Origin: Diplonema papillatum
Taxonomy: Eukaryota
NCBI GenBank assembly: GCA_030068145.1
Contig: JAPJBO010000158.1
Location: 117,818-181,817, forward strand
Direction: 5' to 3'
DNA length: 64,000 nucleotides
Under the pieces are notes generated by a model, which ran no database searches, was not told where the DNA came from, and worked only from the letters and a program-made list of their open reading frames with translations. The translations under genes and the position numbers were made by a program. Shown here in pieces: positions 42,898 to 55,105 of the stretch. Numbering within the stretch: the stretch's first letter is position 1; every line of letters starts with the position of its first letter.

Positions 42898-45210
42898 ATG
42901 TGGAGCAGGCTCGTCGTAGTCGTGACGATTCTTGGGCTGCAAGCCGAAGCAACAGCACAAAATCCCGTGTCGAACGCGGATATGTGCAAGCTCGCGAAGA
43001 CGCTCGAAGGAAAAGTTTTGCTTGCGGGTTCGACGTGCTGTCTCGGCTTTGTGCGTGCGATGAACTACGTCTGCCCGGCTAGTGAAGGGGACGAAACGTT
43101 CGCGGAGACGACGCAACAGTACCTGATGGATTGCGACGGGGAAATCCCGGGTGGAGTGATCATCGCGAAGGGGCCGGGAGACGTGGGTAAAGCGCTTGCG
43201 TACGTGAAGGCAGCGAAGGTGGCGTTCCGCGTGAAGAGCGGTGGACACAGCCAGGCTTGCCAGAGCACCGTTAAAGACGGTGTGGTGCTGTCGGTGGAGT
43301 CGATGAAGAAGGTGGAGTACATTAACCTCGACGACGGGTCTGTGTTCATAACTGTTGAGCCGGGTGTGACTATATCGCAGCTTCGCACGGACTACTTAGC
43401 GAACAGTAACGTATACTTCCCACACGGGCTGGACCCGTGGATCGGTGCCGGTGGACACTTCACTGGTGGTGGAGTGGGCCACCTTGTGAGAAAGTTCGGG
43501 TTCGGTACAGACTTCGTGGTTGGGATGGACGTGGTGCTGCCGTCGGGAGAGTTCGTGCAGGTGTTCGAGCCGGAGTACGAGGAGAGGCTGACGGGGCGGC
43601 TGAGCGTGTACAACGAGAGAGACCGACAGCTCCTGTGGGGCTTGAAAGGAAGCGGACACGCGAACTTCGGAGTGGTGACGAAGTTCTGGATGCGGACTAT
43701 CCCCCGTCCGGAATACGTGGTGCTTGGAAAGTACTCTTACAACATCGCGGACAAGACGAGTGTGGAGGAGTACTGGAACTCGATGTGCGGGTACTACTCG
43801 AAGGCACCGGCGGACGAGACGGCGGAAGAACGGAACTTGCTTGTGTGGCCGATGGTGAGCAACAACAGAGAGGGACCAGGGTTCCTGATGCGGTTCATCA
43901 TCTACTACATCCCGGACAACAACAGCACTGCGCAGGGAGCTCTCGACGAGGCGACGCCGGTTGTGAACAAGTTCCTGACACACGTGAACGGGCTGACTCT
44001 CCACTCGGGAGGCATCGAGGCTGTGGTGCAGAGCGGGCAGTTCCCGAATCTGGTGGACCCGAGCTCGAGCCGTTACGCACCGACATGCGTTTCGAGGATC
44101 GTTCCGTCGCGGGAAGACGTGTGCAACAGAGACGGGTGGATTGGGAAGTTCGCTGACTTCGTCTTCGAAGAGACCAGCTTGTTTCCATCGCGGGGGACGA
44201 CGGTCTTCACGTACTTCGACAAGTGGGGCGGGGCAGCTTCGCTGAACGACGCAAACTTCGAGCGGACGTCGGTGAACACTCGGAACGCATATGGAACCAT
44301 TCAGTACTGCAGAATCCCGTTGAACGTTGCGGCGCGGGACATGAATGCTATGATCAACGGTGAAGGTGGCACGAAGGACTTCAACGACTCGGTGCTGGCA
44401 GATGTGGGCAACGGGTGGTACTTGAACTTCCTCGACACGTTGGCGACGGAACCCGAGCAAATCTACACCGAGCCGGCGGTGTACCAGCGACTTCAGAAGG
44501 TGAAGAACGTTTACGATCCGACGAACGTTCTCGACAGGCCTCTCGGCGTGCCTCTGCCGGGGTCGGAGTTCTTGGCAGACAGCACCTTGGCGTTGGTCGG
44601 GGCTTCAGCACCGACGTTTATAGACTACTGCAAACTCTCTGGCACGTTAGAAGGCGCTGTCCTGATGCCTATGATGGGATGCTGCGGCAGCAGCGCGGTG
44701 CCGCCAGGCTTTCCGTGCGCAGCCGACCCAGCGAACGGGAACCTGAACTATGCTGAGAGCCACAATCGCGTTCTGGTCGACTGCGACGATTTGAAGCCCA
44801 ACGCCCTCATCATCGCCCGAAGCGCGTTGGACATTACGAAGTCGCTGCACTTCATCAAGGAGCGAGACATCGACTACCGCATCCGATCCGGCGCTCACAG
44901 TCAGTCGTGCGCGAGCACGTGCAGTAACTGCGTTGTTATCTCGCTGGAGAAAATGAAGGGCATCAACTACGTGACATCTGACACGGGTGCGACGTTCATG
45001 GGCGTCGAGGCGGGCGTCGAGTTGAAGCAACTCGTTGCCGACTACCAGGACCACAGCGACGTGTACTTCCCGCACGGTCTGGACGCGTCCGGTGGCATCG
45101 GCGGGCACCTGGGTGGTGGAGCTGTCGGCTACCTCACGAGGAAGTTCGGTTTCGGTTCTGACTTTATTGTCGGCGTCGAAGCTGTGCTCGGGAACGGCAA
45201 GTTCGTCCAG
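42898..45210 (+). CDS. BBE-like FAD-linked oxidase paralog 5, exon 1 (most divergent copy)
   Basis: Inside ORF 42814..45327. Start MWSRLVVVVTILGLQAEA. RVKSGGHSQACQS and GAGGHFTGGGVGH conserved. C-terminal end of the exon differs (KFVQ|gtattc donor). Confidence 0.85.
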
Positions 45211-45621
45211 GTATTCATCACGTTCCCTGCCAGCTGCTTGTTCCGTCAAATTCGTCAGAAGAACGGGCTCACGAAATGCTTATCAGCGTATCAACAGAAG
45301 AGCAACATGCAAATCAACAAGAGATAACCGCCACGGGGGCTTGTCGTCGGTACACAAGTCGGCCTACAACCGCTCAGGAACTCCTTCGAAAAGAAGACTT
45401 GTTCTCACGTACAAAAAGGTTCCAGAAATTCAAAACTCTGTCGGGACTACTTAGTATCGGAGCGCGCGTAACGCCCGATCCACCCCATCGCAGTTGAGCG
45501 GTCCAGACCAGCTCACTCGTCAACGTGCGGAGTTAACCCCGATGATAAAACCACGTTTTCTTACATCTGTTGTGGCGAAGCTGCTGCAGTTGCCACGTCA
45601 AGACATTCTCCCACTCGACAG
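45211..45621 (+). other. Intron (GT..AG, 411 bp) of BBE paralog 5
   Basis: Donor cag|gtattc, acceptor ctcgacag|gtttacgat. Longest of the five introns. Confidence 0.75.
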
Positions 45622-46593
45622 GTTTACGATAAGGAGTATGAAGAAAGGTTATTTGGCTACAGGAGGGCGTACAACGAGGAGGACCAAGACCTTCTGTGGG
45701 CTGTGAAGGGGAACGCTCACGCAAATATCGGGGTGGTGACGCGGTATTGGGTGCGCACCATTCCTCGTCCGAACTACATGGTGAAAGGGTTCTACCTGTT
45801 CGAAGCGCAGTCTGTGGACCACCTGCGCAGCTTCTGGGGATCAGTGTGCAAGTTCTACTCCGTCGGCGACGAGTCGTCGAAGGCCAATAATCTGATTGTG
45901 CGCCCACGCATCGCGTCCCCGAACAAGCTGATGCTGCAAGTGTACTACCTGCCCGACCGCAACGACACGGCCAGCGGTGCACTGGCAGAGGCGGAAGAAG
46001 TGTTGCACGAGTTCTTGGTAGGTGTAACGGCGCCGTTGATAACACAGAGTATCCAGGCCGTGCCAGACAAGATGCAGTTCGAGGACATCTTGAACGACCA
46101 GGGCGGACGGACGACGTACAGCTGCACCTCGAGACTTGTGAGGAAGCGAGAGGATGTTTGCGACAACTGGTCGTTCTTGGACAGCTTCGCTGACAGGATG
46201 TGGTACGAGATGCAGAACCCCGTCGCGGACCAGACGTTTTTCGCGTACTTCGACCCTTGGGGGAGTGCAGCCACGACGAACGACCCGGACTTCGTGAAAT
46301 CGTCGTTCATGGGCAGGCATGCGTGGGGGACGTTCCAGTACTGCAGGACACCTGTGGGCGACGTCACGAGGGAAGCTTTGTGGGCAACGGTTGACGAGTT
46401 CGACAGTCTGATCGCGTCTCAGATCAGCGACTCGTGGTACGTGAACTTCCAAGACAGAACGACGACAAACCGGTCGCAGGTTCTGTTCGTTCCGGAGGTG
46501 AACGAAAGGCTGCAGACGATCAAAGCGAAGTACGACACGACCGGCGTTTTCTCGGGTCCGCTGACTGTCACACTGCCCGAACGGAACTGGTGA
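45622..46593 (+). CDS. BBE-like oxidase paralog 5, exon 2
   Basis: VYDKEYEERLFGYRRAYNEEDQDLLWAVKGNAHANIGVVTRYWVRTIPRP... In frame with ORF 45703..46593. 972 nt. Confidence 0.84.
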   Translation, partial: VYDKEYEERLFGYRRAYNEEDQDLLWAVKGNAHANIGVVTRYWVRTIPRPNYMVKGFYLFEAQSVDHLRSFWGSVCKFYSVGDESSKANNLIVRPRIASPNKLMLQVYYLPDRNDTASGALAEAEEVLHEFLVGVTAPLITQSIQAVPDKMQFEDILNDQGGRTTYSCTSRLVRKREDVCDNWSFLDSFADRMWYEMQNPVADQTFFAYFDPWGSAATTNDPDFVKSSFMGRHAWGTFQYCRTPVGDVTREALWATVDEFDSLIASQISDSWYVNFQDRTTTNRSQVLFVPEVNERLQTIKAKYDTTGVFSGPLTVTLPERNW

Positions 46594-46844
46594 GAGAGGG
46601 CGGTAGAAAATCACATCGTCAAAGGAAACGAAGAATAGTTTACGAAGTAAAAACCTTCGACCCGTTGCCTATCACCAATCCGCAGAGCCTTCAATCCAAC
46701 TATACCCTTACCGTCTTCACCCAATCCCCCGTTTCACCTCCTGAGTTCCGGCAAACTCTGACGTATCGAGACTGCTCGAGGTGCGGATTCGGAGGACTTT
46801 CGTTCTCATCCCTAGGGCGAAGCAGTTTTGCAGCTGTGACTTGT

Positions 46845-46945
46845 AAAGGGGGGGGGTCGAATAATCACAGTTGTTTGACACACGTCTGGTTGTCTAAAAA
46901 CACTACCACTATTTGATCCTGCTACTGTTCGGCTACCGGAACGGC
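46845..46945. mobile_element. MITE-like element B, inverted partial copy
   Basis: aaaggggggggggtcgaataatcacag...aaacactaccactatttgatcctgctactgttcggctaccgg is the reverse complement of the 35231..35362 internal sequence. Confidence 0.45.
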
Positions 46946-47239
46946 TAACGGACTCATTATTCCAAAGCAGGGTCTCTAGTTCTGAGAGGTTGCCCAGAGA
47001 TAAAGAACGAACCCGACCTGCGCTCGATGCGGCCTTTCTACAGCTTGACTGGCTGGGGGATGAATCCCTGCGTTGTTTGGTTGTGTGCCTGGATGACGGC
47101 CGTTTTTTCGTAATAACAATTAATTGTAGACACGAAAGAGAACGCTGGCAGCGTGTTTGGGAGAAGTTTAGCCTATCGATCATATTCACTCACTATCACT
47201 CACTAACAGGCTAATCCTCCCCCGGCACGTACAAACGAA

Positions 47240-47515
47240 GGCGCCAGCTTATTGGAAGGAAATGCTCGACGAAGCTGCCAGACAAAAAACCGAAGGGATC
47301 CCCAAGTGCCATAACTATCGAAGACGTGTTGTACAGACGTGTGGTCAGGCGGGTCTCCCCTACACGACGAGACACAACAGGGACCTGAGTGAAAACAACA
47401 ACACAGCGACGACCAAGTCAGATTGTGTTTGCCTCGTATTTGCCCCTCTGCCCCTATACACTGTATTTCCTCCATTCCATTCGGAGTCAAAGCAGCTACA
47501 TCGAGCATTTTTACG
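47240..47515 (-). mobile_element. R1 SINE-like element, copy d
   Basis: gcgccagcttattggaaggaaatgctcgacgaagctgccagacaaaaaaccgaagggatcc...ttccattcggagtcaaagcagctacatcgagcat. Confidence 0.5.
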
Positions 47516-48337
47516 TCATCAGAACTAAATGGGTTGAATGTGGAGGATGCAAGTTTAGTGTGAGCGATCACAAAAAAGAAACTCGAAACTCCCCGGTTTG
47601 GATGAACACACCCCCGATTGAGTAATTGGTCAGTAATGGGTTAACGGAGTGTCCAACCACGTAAACAAGCAAACCCCCTTTGAGCCCTCGAGAACATCTT
47701 GAGAAGGCGCAATAGTCCCGACCACCTCACGTGCGTATCCCAGGCTTCATTGAAAAAGAGGGCAGTGGCGATGTGCAAAATCGACATCGATTTGGGGTTC
47801 AGTGGTCCGCCAGGCATCGGCATCCGACTTGTCCCGCGCCCCGATATCTTGGCTCATATAGGTAGCACGGACTACCAGACCAGCGGAGGCCACCGCAAAA
47901 AGCAATTTTCCCTTTTCCTTCTCCCTCAAAACCAGCACCAAGAACAACGGCACCCCGATATCTCGGCTCATGAACCTGCTTCCAACCTTTGCAAGAAAGG
48001 CATCCAACAAAAATCCCGAAGCGAACTTGCACTCTAAAAAAAGAGGGGCGAAAGACACCAGTCTGCACGTCCCACGGGATCGTCGGAAACACAAACATAG
48101 TGCCCGCCTGTTCCCCGACTTTTTTGAAAGAGCGGGCCATGACATCGAAATCGAAAGCACATGCTAAACAAGTCCCTCTGCGTGCAGGGGGGTATGGAGC
48201 ATCCCCCCGTATCTTCTAGAGAGAGTCGCAGTCACAACTCAGGGCGAGCGCCCTGAGTTTTTTAACTGATTGCTCAGACACGGTTGTAGGGGCCTTCTCC
48301 CCTGACGGATTCGCCTGTGCTCTAGTAGCACGGGTGG

Positions 48338-48520
48338 CCCTGAGGTACGAACAGCCGCTTGACAAACCAGACTCACACCGCTGTCCTGTCTGCTGACACT
48401 CAGGTTCCGTGCTGATGATGGTCCGCCTTCTGTGTCCGTCGCTTAAAGGACCGAAACACGGCGCAGACGGGACCAGTGCGGTGACCCGTTCCAAGCACGT
48501 TCTTGCAATCCCCTGTATCA
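48338..48520. repeat. R3 repeat, dispersed copy
   Basis: gaggtacgaacagccgcttgacaaaccagactcacaccgctgtcctgtctgctgacactcaggttccgtgctgatgatggtccgccttctgtgtccgtcgcttaaaggaccgaaacacggcgcagacgggaccagtgcggtg. Confidence 0.5.
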
Positions 48521-49084
48521 GGATCCCCACCACACATACTCACACAACACGCACCGTTCTCAAAAAACAGTTTGAGAGGCGCGTGAGCGGCTGCGTCGCC
48601 CCCGGAGCGACAGCCGCAACGCAAACAACCAACACCAGTTCTTCGATAAGAACCTCAGGGTTTCCGCAACGTGAGGGGCGGGTGAGGATATCCTCAAAGA
48701 GTTTCTTTTTTTTTTATGGTAACAAACAGCAACCAATGGCCTGATGGCTGAGAGCACACCTAAGCAGGGCTGCATCCTCGTGTTGTAGCCGTGCTGTGTA
48801 CAAGGCTTCGTGGGGGCCTGGCCATCACAATAGGCGCAACCTTTCTCGACAGTGATTAGACAGTCGGGATGCCGGGGGCGGGTCTCCATGAAGAAGAGAA
48901 AAGTAAAGCAAGACCTGCCCCCTGCGCCTGCTGTCTCCGGCTGCTTCGGCAGACGACACATACTACTACTGGTAGGCGTAGGCCGCCTCCGCGGCGACGC
49001 AACAGACGCGTACCATCTGCTGTGACGTAAACACGGAGTGTGCATAGTGCGTTGCTCAGGGTAGTCGAAGGCCGGACAATCGCA

Positions 49085-49245
49085 CTAATGCAACAAATTC
49101 GCCTGATGCCGCAACCCCTTAACCCGGGCGGCGGCGCTTTGGCATGAGCCAGGAACCTCAAGGGGAGCAGCGCGAGAGGCATCATCCACGCTTCAAAGGC
49201 CCACACACGCACTACTGCAACAAATTTACAACTACTACTGGTAAC
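49085..49245 (-). mobile_element. R4 element 5' portion, inverted copy
   Basis: Reverse complement matches 22164..22300 (gtaaatttgttgca...gggcctttgaagcgtggatgatgcctctcgcgctgctccccttgagg.tcctggctcatgccaaagcgccgccgcc.gggttaaggggttgcggcatcaggcg). ORFs 22204..22725 and 48856..49260 encode the same artefact peptide MMPLALLPLRLLAHAKAPPPGLRGCGIRR. Confidence 0.45.
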
Positions 49246-50170
49246 AAACGCGCTTGTCATTATTAAAAAGGGACGGTTGGCAGCGTATCGTGTTACATCA
49301 TTAAATAGGAGCTACGAATCTAGCCGACGAGCTCTGAAAGTTTGGGCTACACACGATTCCGATTGAGTCGGAAAACCTAGCGTATCCAACACCAGAGGGC
49401 GAAGAACATTAAAACGACCTCCTTTTTTTTTATCTGACAACTAGCGCGTCAACCTGCAATGCGTTGTGAAGGCTAAAAAGACGTATGCAGCGTGTGTTTT
49501 TTGGGGGGGGGTTGATCAGAGTCATCGGAAAACGATTAACCGCTGCGCACAAATAAAGCGAAACGCTTGTCTTTTGAGAAGATGACAGTGCAGGGTTCAA
49601 ACAATTAGTAGGGCGCTTTCTTTTGTTTGTGCGCACTAGCGGAACTCACCTGCTTTGGTAAGTTTCAGCCAACTACTAATTTTTAGTACCAACAACGCAC
49701 TGTTTACACAAAAAAGAAACGTCTACTGGATGTTGTACCCGCTAAGTTCCTTTTCTTTTGACCAGAAATGGGGGAAAATGCGGGGAAGAGGAAGTTAGTC
49801 ACAATAACAAAGCTAAGCACTAACGCCAGACGCGCAAAAGAAAGCAGCAGTAGTCAGGATCGTACCCATTTACGTGCTTGAAAAAGTATTCCCCGGATTG
49901 GCAGACGCGTCCTGGAGATTTACTTAGTTATTAGCCTCCGGAAGAGATGCAACTTTGGCAAGAATACGAGCTTGAGACGGAGTGTTTGGCTGGTGGGCAG
50001 GCTCTCCAGACCGCAACTTAAAGGCCCCTTCACTAAATCCGCGGTTAAATAACCTGGCCTCAGTGGTGCAAGCACCACGCGCTCTTCAAACCCATGAAAC
50101 GTTTTCCCCCCTACTAAGATTTTCCCCCCGGCAAGTAGTGTCGTGATAAAGGGGGGGGTCGAATAATAAC

Positions 50171-50195
50171 ACCTGATGCGAGCAAAGTTTGAGGA
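50171..50195. mobile_element. MITE-B terminal fragment (ggggggggtcgaataataacacctg)
   Basis: Identical TIR plus 5 nt of internal sequence. Preceded by the ctactaagattttcccccc motif. Confidence 0.3.
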
Positions 50196-51187
50196 CAGCA
50201 CCCGGTCCAAGCCCGAGTTATGATTCTCTGCCCACGGTCTGCCTAGTTCCGGTCCCGAGTCCCCGCCGGGCAACGGGCTGTGTGATACCGTTTTAAGACC
50301 TCACCTACCTTCGAAGAAGACTAGAAGCTGGCAGCATCAAACATGCGTGAGAGGCAGTGTCCTGCCTAATCATTAAACTAAGATTCCCTCCCCGGTGTTT
50401 GAGATGAACTTTGTGGCACCAAAACCTGTCGCGCCGTGTTAAAGATGGATTTGTTTTCTGCCATTGTCCATCTGAATCCAGGGGTCTTGGCTATCCACCC
50501 TAAACACGAAGGGAAAATATTTCTTGAGTATGAAGAGGGGGAGGTTACCCTAGCAATTCGGAGAGACGTGATGGATACGATCTGACTGCAGCGAAAGTTT
50601 TTTTGCGTGCCAGGCGACAGGGGCAGCACCGTCCTTTGGCCGGAAGGACAGAAACAAGGAGGAGAGGAGGGAAATAAAGAAGTCAGTCGCAACACTCCAA
50701 CGCTAAGCACTACACGCCAGACGCGCAAAAAAACACCAGCAACAACAGCACCGGTCTTTCCGCGTGCCGGCGACCCAGGGGCAGCAAACCTTTTTTTTTT
50801 TAAACCGGGGGAAAATAAGTTGTTGTGTGAGGGAGTAACCCGCACAAAGAGTCCGCATGCAAAAGGTATCCAGGCAAACACCGCAAGGGTTTATGCAAGG
50901 AAGGAGCGGCGGCACCGATTTCCCAAACTAAAGCATCAAGGCTTGACGCACCTTGGGGCTTGGCGCTCGCGCTGAACACAAGCTCGTCGAGACGGTCAGC
51001 CACAGGGCAGAGCGGACGGGGTTGTGGCACTGTGCTGCCTCCGACTCAAGCTTTGCAAGCTGTGGTTGACCGTCACGTTCCTGGACCAGGAGCGGCCTAT
51101 TTTCTTTATTCTTCAGGGAATAGTTGACCGGTCACTCTTTAAGTGTTGTGCTCGGGTGCGGGAGTCGGAAGCGTAAACCCTGCAGCA

Positions 51188-51270
51188 CCGACCACTCACC
51201 CATCCAAACCAGACTCACGCAGACTCAGGTCCTGCGCTTACAGAACCGAAATACGGCGCAGATAAGACAG
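51188..51270. repeat. R3 repeat, partial diverged copy
   Basis: ccatccaaaccagactcacgcagactcaggtcctgcgcttacagaaccgaaatacggcgcagataagacagg. Confidence 0.3.
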
Positions 51271-52459
51271 GCTCACGCTCTTACAGCCACGCACCACTTC
51301 GCGAAAGAAGCGAAGCACCGAGAGCACTGTCCCAACTATTCCTGTAACGAACGGGGTTATAACAGTGGAAAGCACAGCGGGCCTCGAGCAGGCCGCTTCA
51401 GAAAACACAACTGCCGGGTAATAGACAATCGTCTGTCGGCCACGACGAAAGAAGAGCAAAAAGAAAGTGCCCGACGCAAGAACCACGCGGTCGTGTGCAC
51501 ATAAGAGCGTTTCCGGAGTTGAAGCACTGCCAAACGAAACAGCGGATGCTTTTCATCAACCGATCCAGGTAAGATAGGCATGGAAGGCAAGTCTCGTACA
51601 GGGATGTTTTCTCAGCAGTTAGTGATCCGCTTGCTGTAATTCAACCCGATAGGAGAGCTCCGCACAAACCTGGCCAGTATAAGCACTTTTCCGTCGGCTT
51701 CGTTTAGCTTTTCTGTGCTACCGCTGTTTACGAAAATGCTCCCCCTCTGTACTTAAAGCAATAGGACCAGCCGCGACAATGCCAGCAGAGGTGCTTTGGG
51801 CGGCTGGTTCATCATCGATCCGAAAGGAACCAAATCGAAGCTAATTAGCTTCTGTTCCTCTGCTCCAAACAAGTTGAACGGATTCGGTCGGAAGAGGAAA
51901 AAAAGGAGTATTTCCCGAGCTCGGCGAGAGAAATGCTCTCCTGATCGTTCTTTTTTTCTCTTGTTCTTTTCTTGCGGGCCTGACACAGTCACAGCAACCA
52001 AACACACCTGGTAAAAACTTTTCATTTTGATCTGCACTCGAGCCAACCGAAACGGTTGTAATCCGAGCTCAAAGTTCAAGTTTTCACAACGACACTACGC
52101 ATTTCTTTTGTGCCGGTCGCTCTTCCATTTTCTGTATGTGTCTGCGTGTGGATGTGGCGGCCGTTGAGCGTACTTTTCTACGCAAAAGTAGTTGCCGCCC
52201 GAAGAATATAGTAACGTTCACCGCAAACCTCTCGATACCGGACTTGTTGCATTTGACGGGGCCATGGGGCAAATGGCATGCCCAACGCGCACTACACTTC
52301 TGTGATGGCATGAAACTTGCCAAGCGAGTTCCGCTAGTGCGCGCAAGCAAAAGAAGGCACCATCCTATTCTTTAGCCACTTTTTTTTTTTCGTGGTGCAA
52401 CTCGTGACGGTTGCAAACGTTGCTGGGGAGCTTCAGCGACAACTTGACAGCTTCAGTAT

Positions 52460-52720
52460 CAAAGTCAGTCAATTCTCAATTGCTTGCATCCACTTTCGAC
52501 TCTCGGGTAGTGCGGCTGAGTTAGCGGACGAGAAAACGCCGGTCGTTTCGTACGTGGCTTTGATCGTCAGCCTGTCGTTCACCGGAACGAACAGAACCTG
52601 CAACTGGTACCTCGTCTTTCTGTCTTGGAAGTTCACGCACCAGCTCGCTGATCTGAGACACAGTCAAACTGTCGAACTCGTCAACCGGCATCCCGAAGTT
52701 GCTATATGCCCAGGACCTGA
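52460..52720 (-). pseudogene. Reverse-oriented, frameshifted fragment of BBE paralog exon 2 3' end
   Basis: Minus-strand translation gives FDSLTVSQISELVRELPRQKDEVPVAGSVRSGE, the known +1-frame artefact of the true FDSLIASQISDSWYVNFQD...ERLQTIKAKYDTTGV. Plus-strand ORF 52392..52838 reproduces the antisense artefact peptide EKTPVVSY.ALIV.LSFTGTNRTC seen opposite every exon 2. Confidence 0.6.
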
Positions 52721-53391
52721 AGCAACTAGCGGGATGGATCCGCGCCAATATCAGAACCTTAACACGTCGATCGACTCTCTCCACCTTCTCAAGGCTTCCC
52801 GCGACCCCCCTCCTGAGCCGGGCTCCCGCCACCGTTGATACGGTCCGGAACATCTGACTCGTGTTGCTGGACGACAAGCACCCCCCCCTTCATTTCAATC
52901 ACCTGCTTTGTAGGAAATACTGGAGCCAGTCTCAAAATCCCGAAGGAGGAAGTATGCTGCCCACACGAGACGCGAAACACAGTCTCTGGGGGGAAAGAAG
53001 GCCCACTTTGTTGGCACCATTTTGCGCGCTTAACCATGGTTAAGGCGTACGAAAACCTAGCACTAATATAGCTCAAAGCATTTACAGAACAAAAGCTTGT
53101 AGGCAACAGCTTGTTTTCACATTCTCCCTCTCACCTCCGTCGAAATATGAGCCGGGCGGCGCCTCTGAGTATTTCCCTCCCAAAGCTTTTCCAAAAAAGT
53201 TGTGCTCCAAAAGTTGGGTCAAGAATCAAAAACCCTTCGCTCTGAAACGCAAAGCGAACCCAAGCCAACTCCCGCTGGCAGATGCAGATCTGCCTCAAGG
53301 AACCAGCCAACCAATTGTCTGCGGTGACTGCTGTCGTCGGGGGGGCAAGCCTCATTCATTAGACACCTCGATCTGTACAGTATCGTCGGAA

Positions 53392-53690
53392 ATACTCGAC
53401 GTCGCTGCTTCGACTCCGAATGGAAGGGGGGAAATATAGAGGTAAGGGGCAAATACAATACAAACACAATCTGATTTGTTCTTCGCTTACACCACCGTGT
53501 GTTGTTTTCTCACTCAGGATTTTTTGACCTGTTGTGTTTGTGTGATTTGTCGTGTAGGGGTAGACCCGCACGACCTCACGTCCGTTCAACACGTGGTTCG
53601 GTAGTTACAGCACTTGGGATCCCTTCTGTTCTTTGTCGGGCAGCATCGTCGAGCATTTCCTTTCAAGCTGGCGCTTATGTAAAAAAATAA
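53392..53690 (+). mobile_element. R1 SINE-like element, copy e (opposite orientation, ends gcgcttatgtaaaaaaa)
   Basis: Reverse complement of copies a-d: atactcgacgtcgctgcttcgactccgaatgg...ggtagttacagcacttgggatccc...cgtcgagcatttcctttcaagctggcgcttatgtaaaaaaa. Shows that the A-rich tail is the 3' end. Confidence 0.5.
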
Positions 53691-54964
53691 ACGAAATATA
53701 TGCCGGGTCCAAGCAACACCCGCCCGCGGTGGGGTGCCAATCTGGCAAGTGCTGTCGCCGGGGGGAAGGGGGGGAAAAAAAAATAGCAAAAATCTGAGGG
53801 GGCGTCGATTATTATGATGGAAGCATTTTTTTTTTTCTAAGCTCCGAGGGGACTTAAAAAGCTCGCTCAACCCAACGAGCGACCTTTTTCATCCGCCTGT
53901 TCCCCCACTGCGCTAGCTATCCCTCAGAAAATAAGTGACACGCTGGCAAAAAGGAAATGCCAGCCTCCGGGTGGAACCCTTGCTATCGTTGTTGTCGGAG
54001 GGGAAGAAACGTAGTGCAAGAGTGGACGACACGTCTGCCGTGCGTGCAAGCTGGCTGAGAAGTGAATTGAGCACCCTCAGATGAGCTTGCAGCTGGCATG
54101 GTATTTTCTGTTCGTCTACAACCGAAGCGCGCGCCATCAACACTTCTTTCCAAATAAGGTCGCAAGGCACCAAACTGATCGCCCCTCGGGATCGACGGTA
54201 TCACAAAAAAAGACGCGAAACTGCGCGCCCACCAGACGTCCGCACAGCGGCGAAACCTGGCTCAACCAATAACATTTTCACCTCCCTCCCCTGCTCCTCC
54301 CTTCTTAGACTGTTTCTGTTTTTCTCCAAATATCGGTGCCATCGAACGAGACGGATCGAAAAAGCTGAGGCATGTCAAGGAGACCGAAAGCTTGCTTTCT
54401 GTTTGTGGTTCTCCTTCCTCCCTCCTCTCTCTCTCTCTCTTAAAGGTCAGCGCGGTAGCGAATGACTCAGAGAACACACAAGTGGGTGTAAAGAGGCCCT
54501 GGGGCTGCTAAGGCGTGCAATACCCGCGCCTTGTTTCTTCTAGGGAGCCGTCGAGTCCACCCGTTGACTTGTTTTTGATGTGTTCTCTCTCTGTCTCTCT
54601 CTCGCTCTCTCATTCCAACAACAAGTTTTGTTCGGCCAGCCAAACCCACGAAGCGTATTCGGAGCTGGACATCGGTAAGATGGCGAGGCAACGTACCGAT
54701 GTTTTCTCTATCCCTCGCACAAAAAAAAAAAAAAAAACGAAATGTCTGCGCGGTGCTGATTAATCAGAAAAGGATTTTGAGGTTCAAGTACCTTGTATCC
54801 AATTCCCTTCTTCAAAATCGAAACTTGCCCTAAAAATTCGCTTTTTTTCTCACAGGTTTTCGCAAGGTTCGCGCCTTTTTGGTGGTCAAATTTGGACCCG
54901 TGGGAGATGCTCGAGTTTTCGTACATCTAAAGTAGCTTTGTTTCGTCGAATGCAGACTTACCTA

Positions 54965-55105
54965 GTATTGCGGTGGTGGCGGTCTTTTTGTGTCTGACGA
55001 ATGCAAATTGTCGAGAACAAAAACCGATCGATGGCAGCGTACTGTCCTCACTCCCGTTAGACGAACAAAGCAGGATTGAAGGAAGTGCGCACAAACAAAC
55101 GTGGG
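54965..55105 (-). mobile_element. R5 retroposon copy (5' part)
   Basis: Reverse complement matches 21300..21440 (ccacgtttgtttgtgcgcacttccttcaa...ctaacgggagtgagga.agtacgctgccatcgatcggtttttgttc). Antisense ORFs 54962..55210 and 21284..21520 encode the same artefact peptide. Confidence 0.45.
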
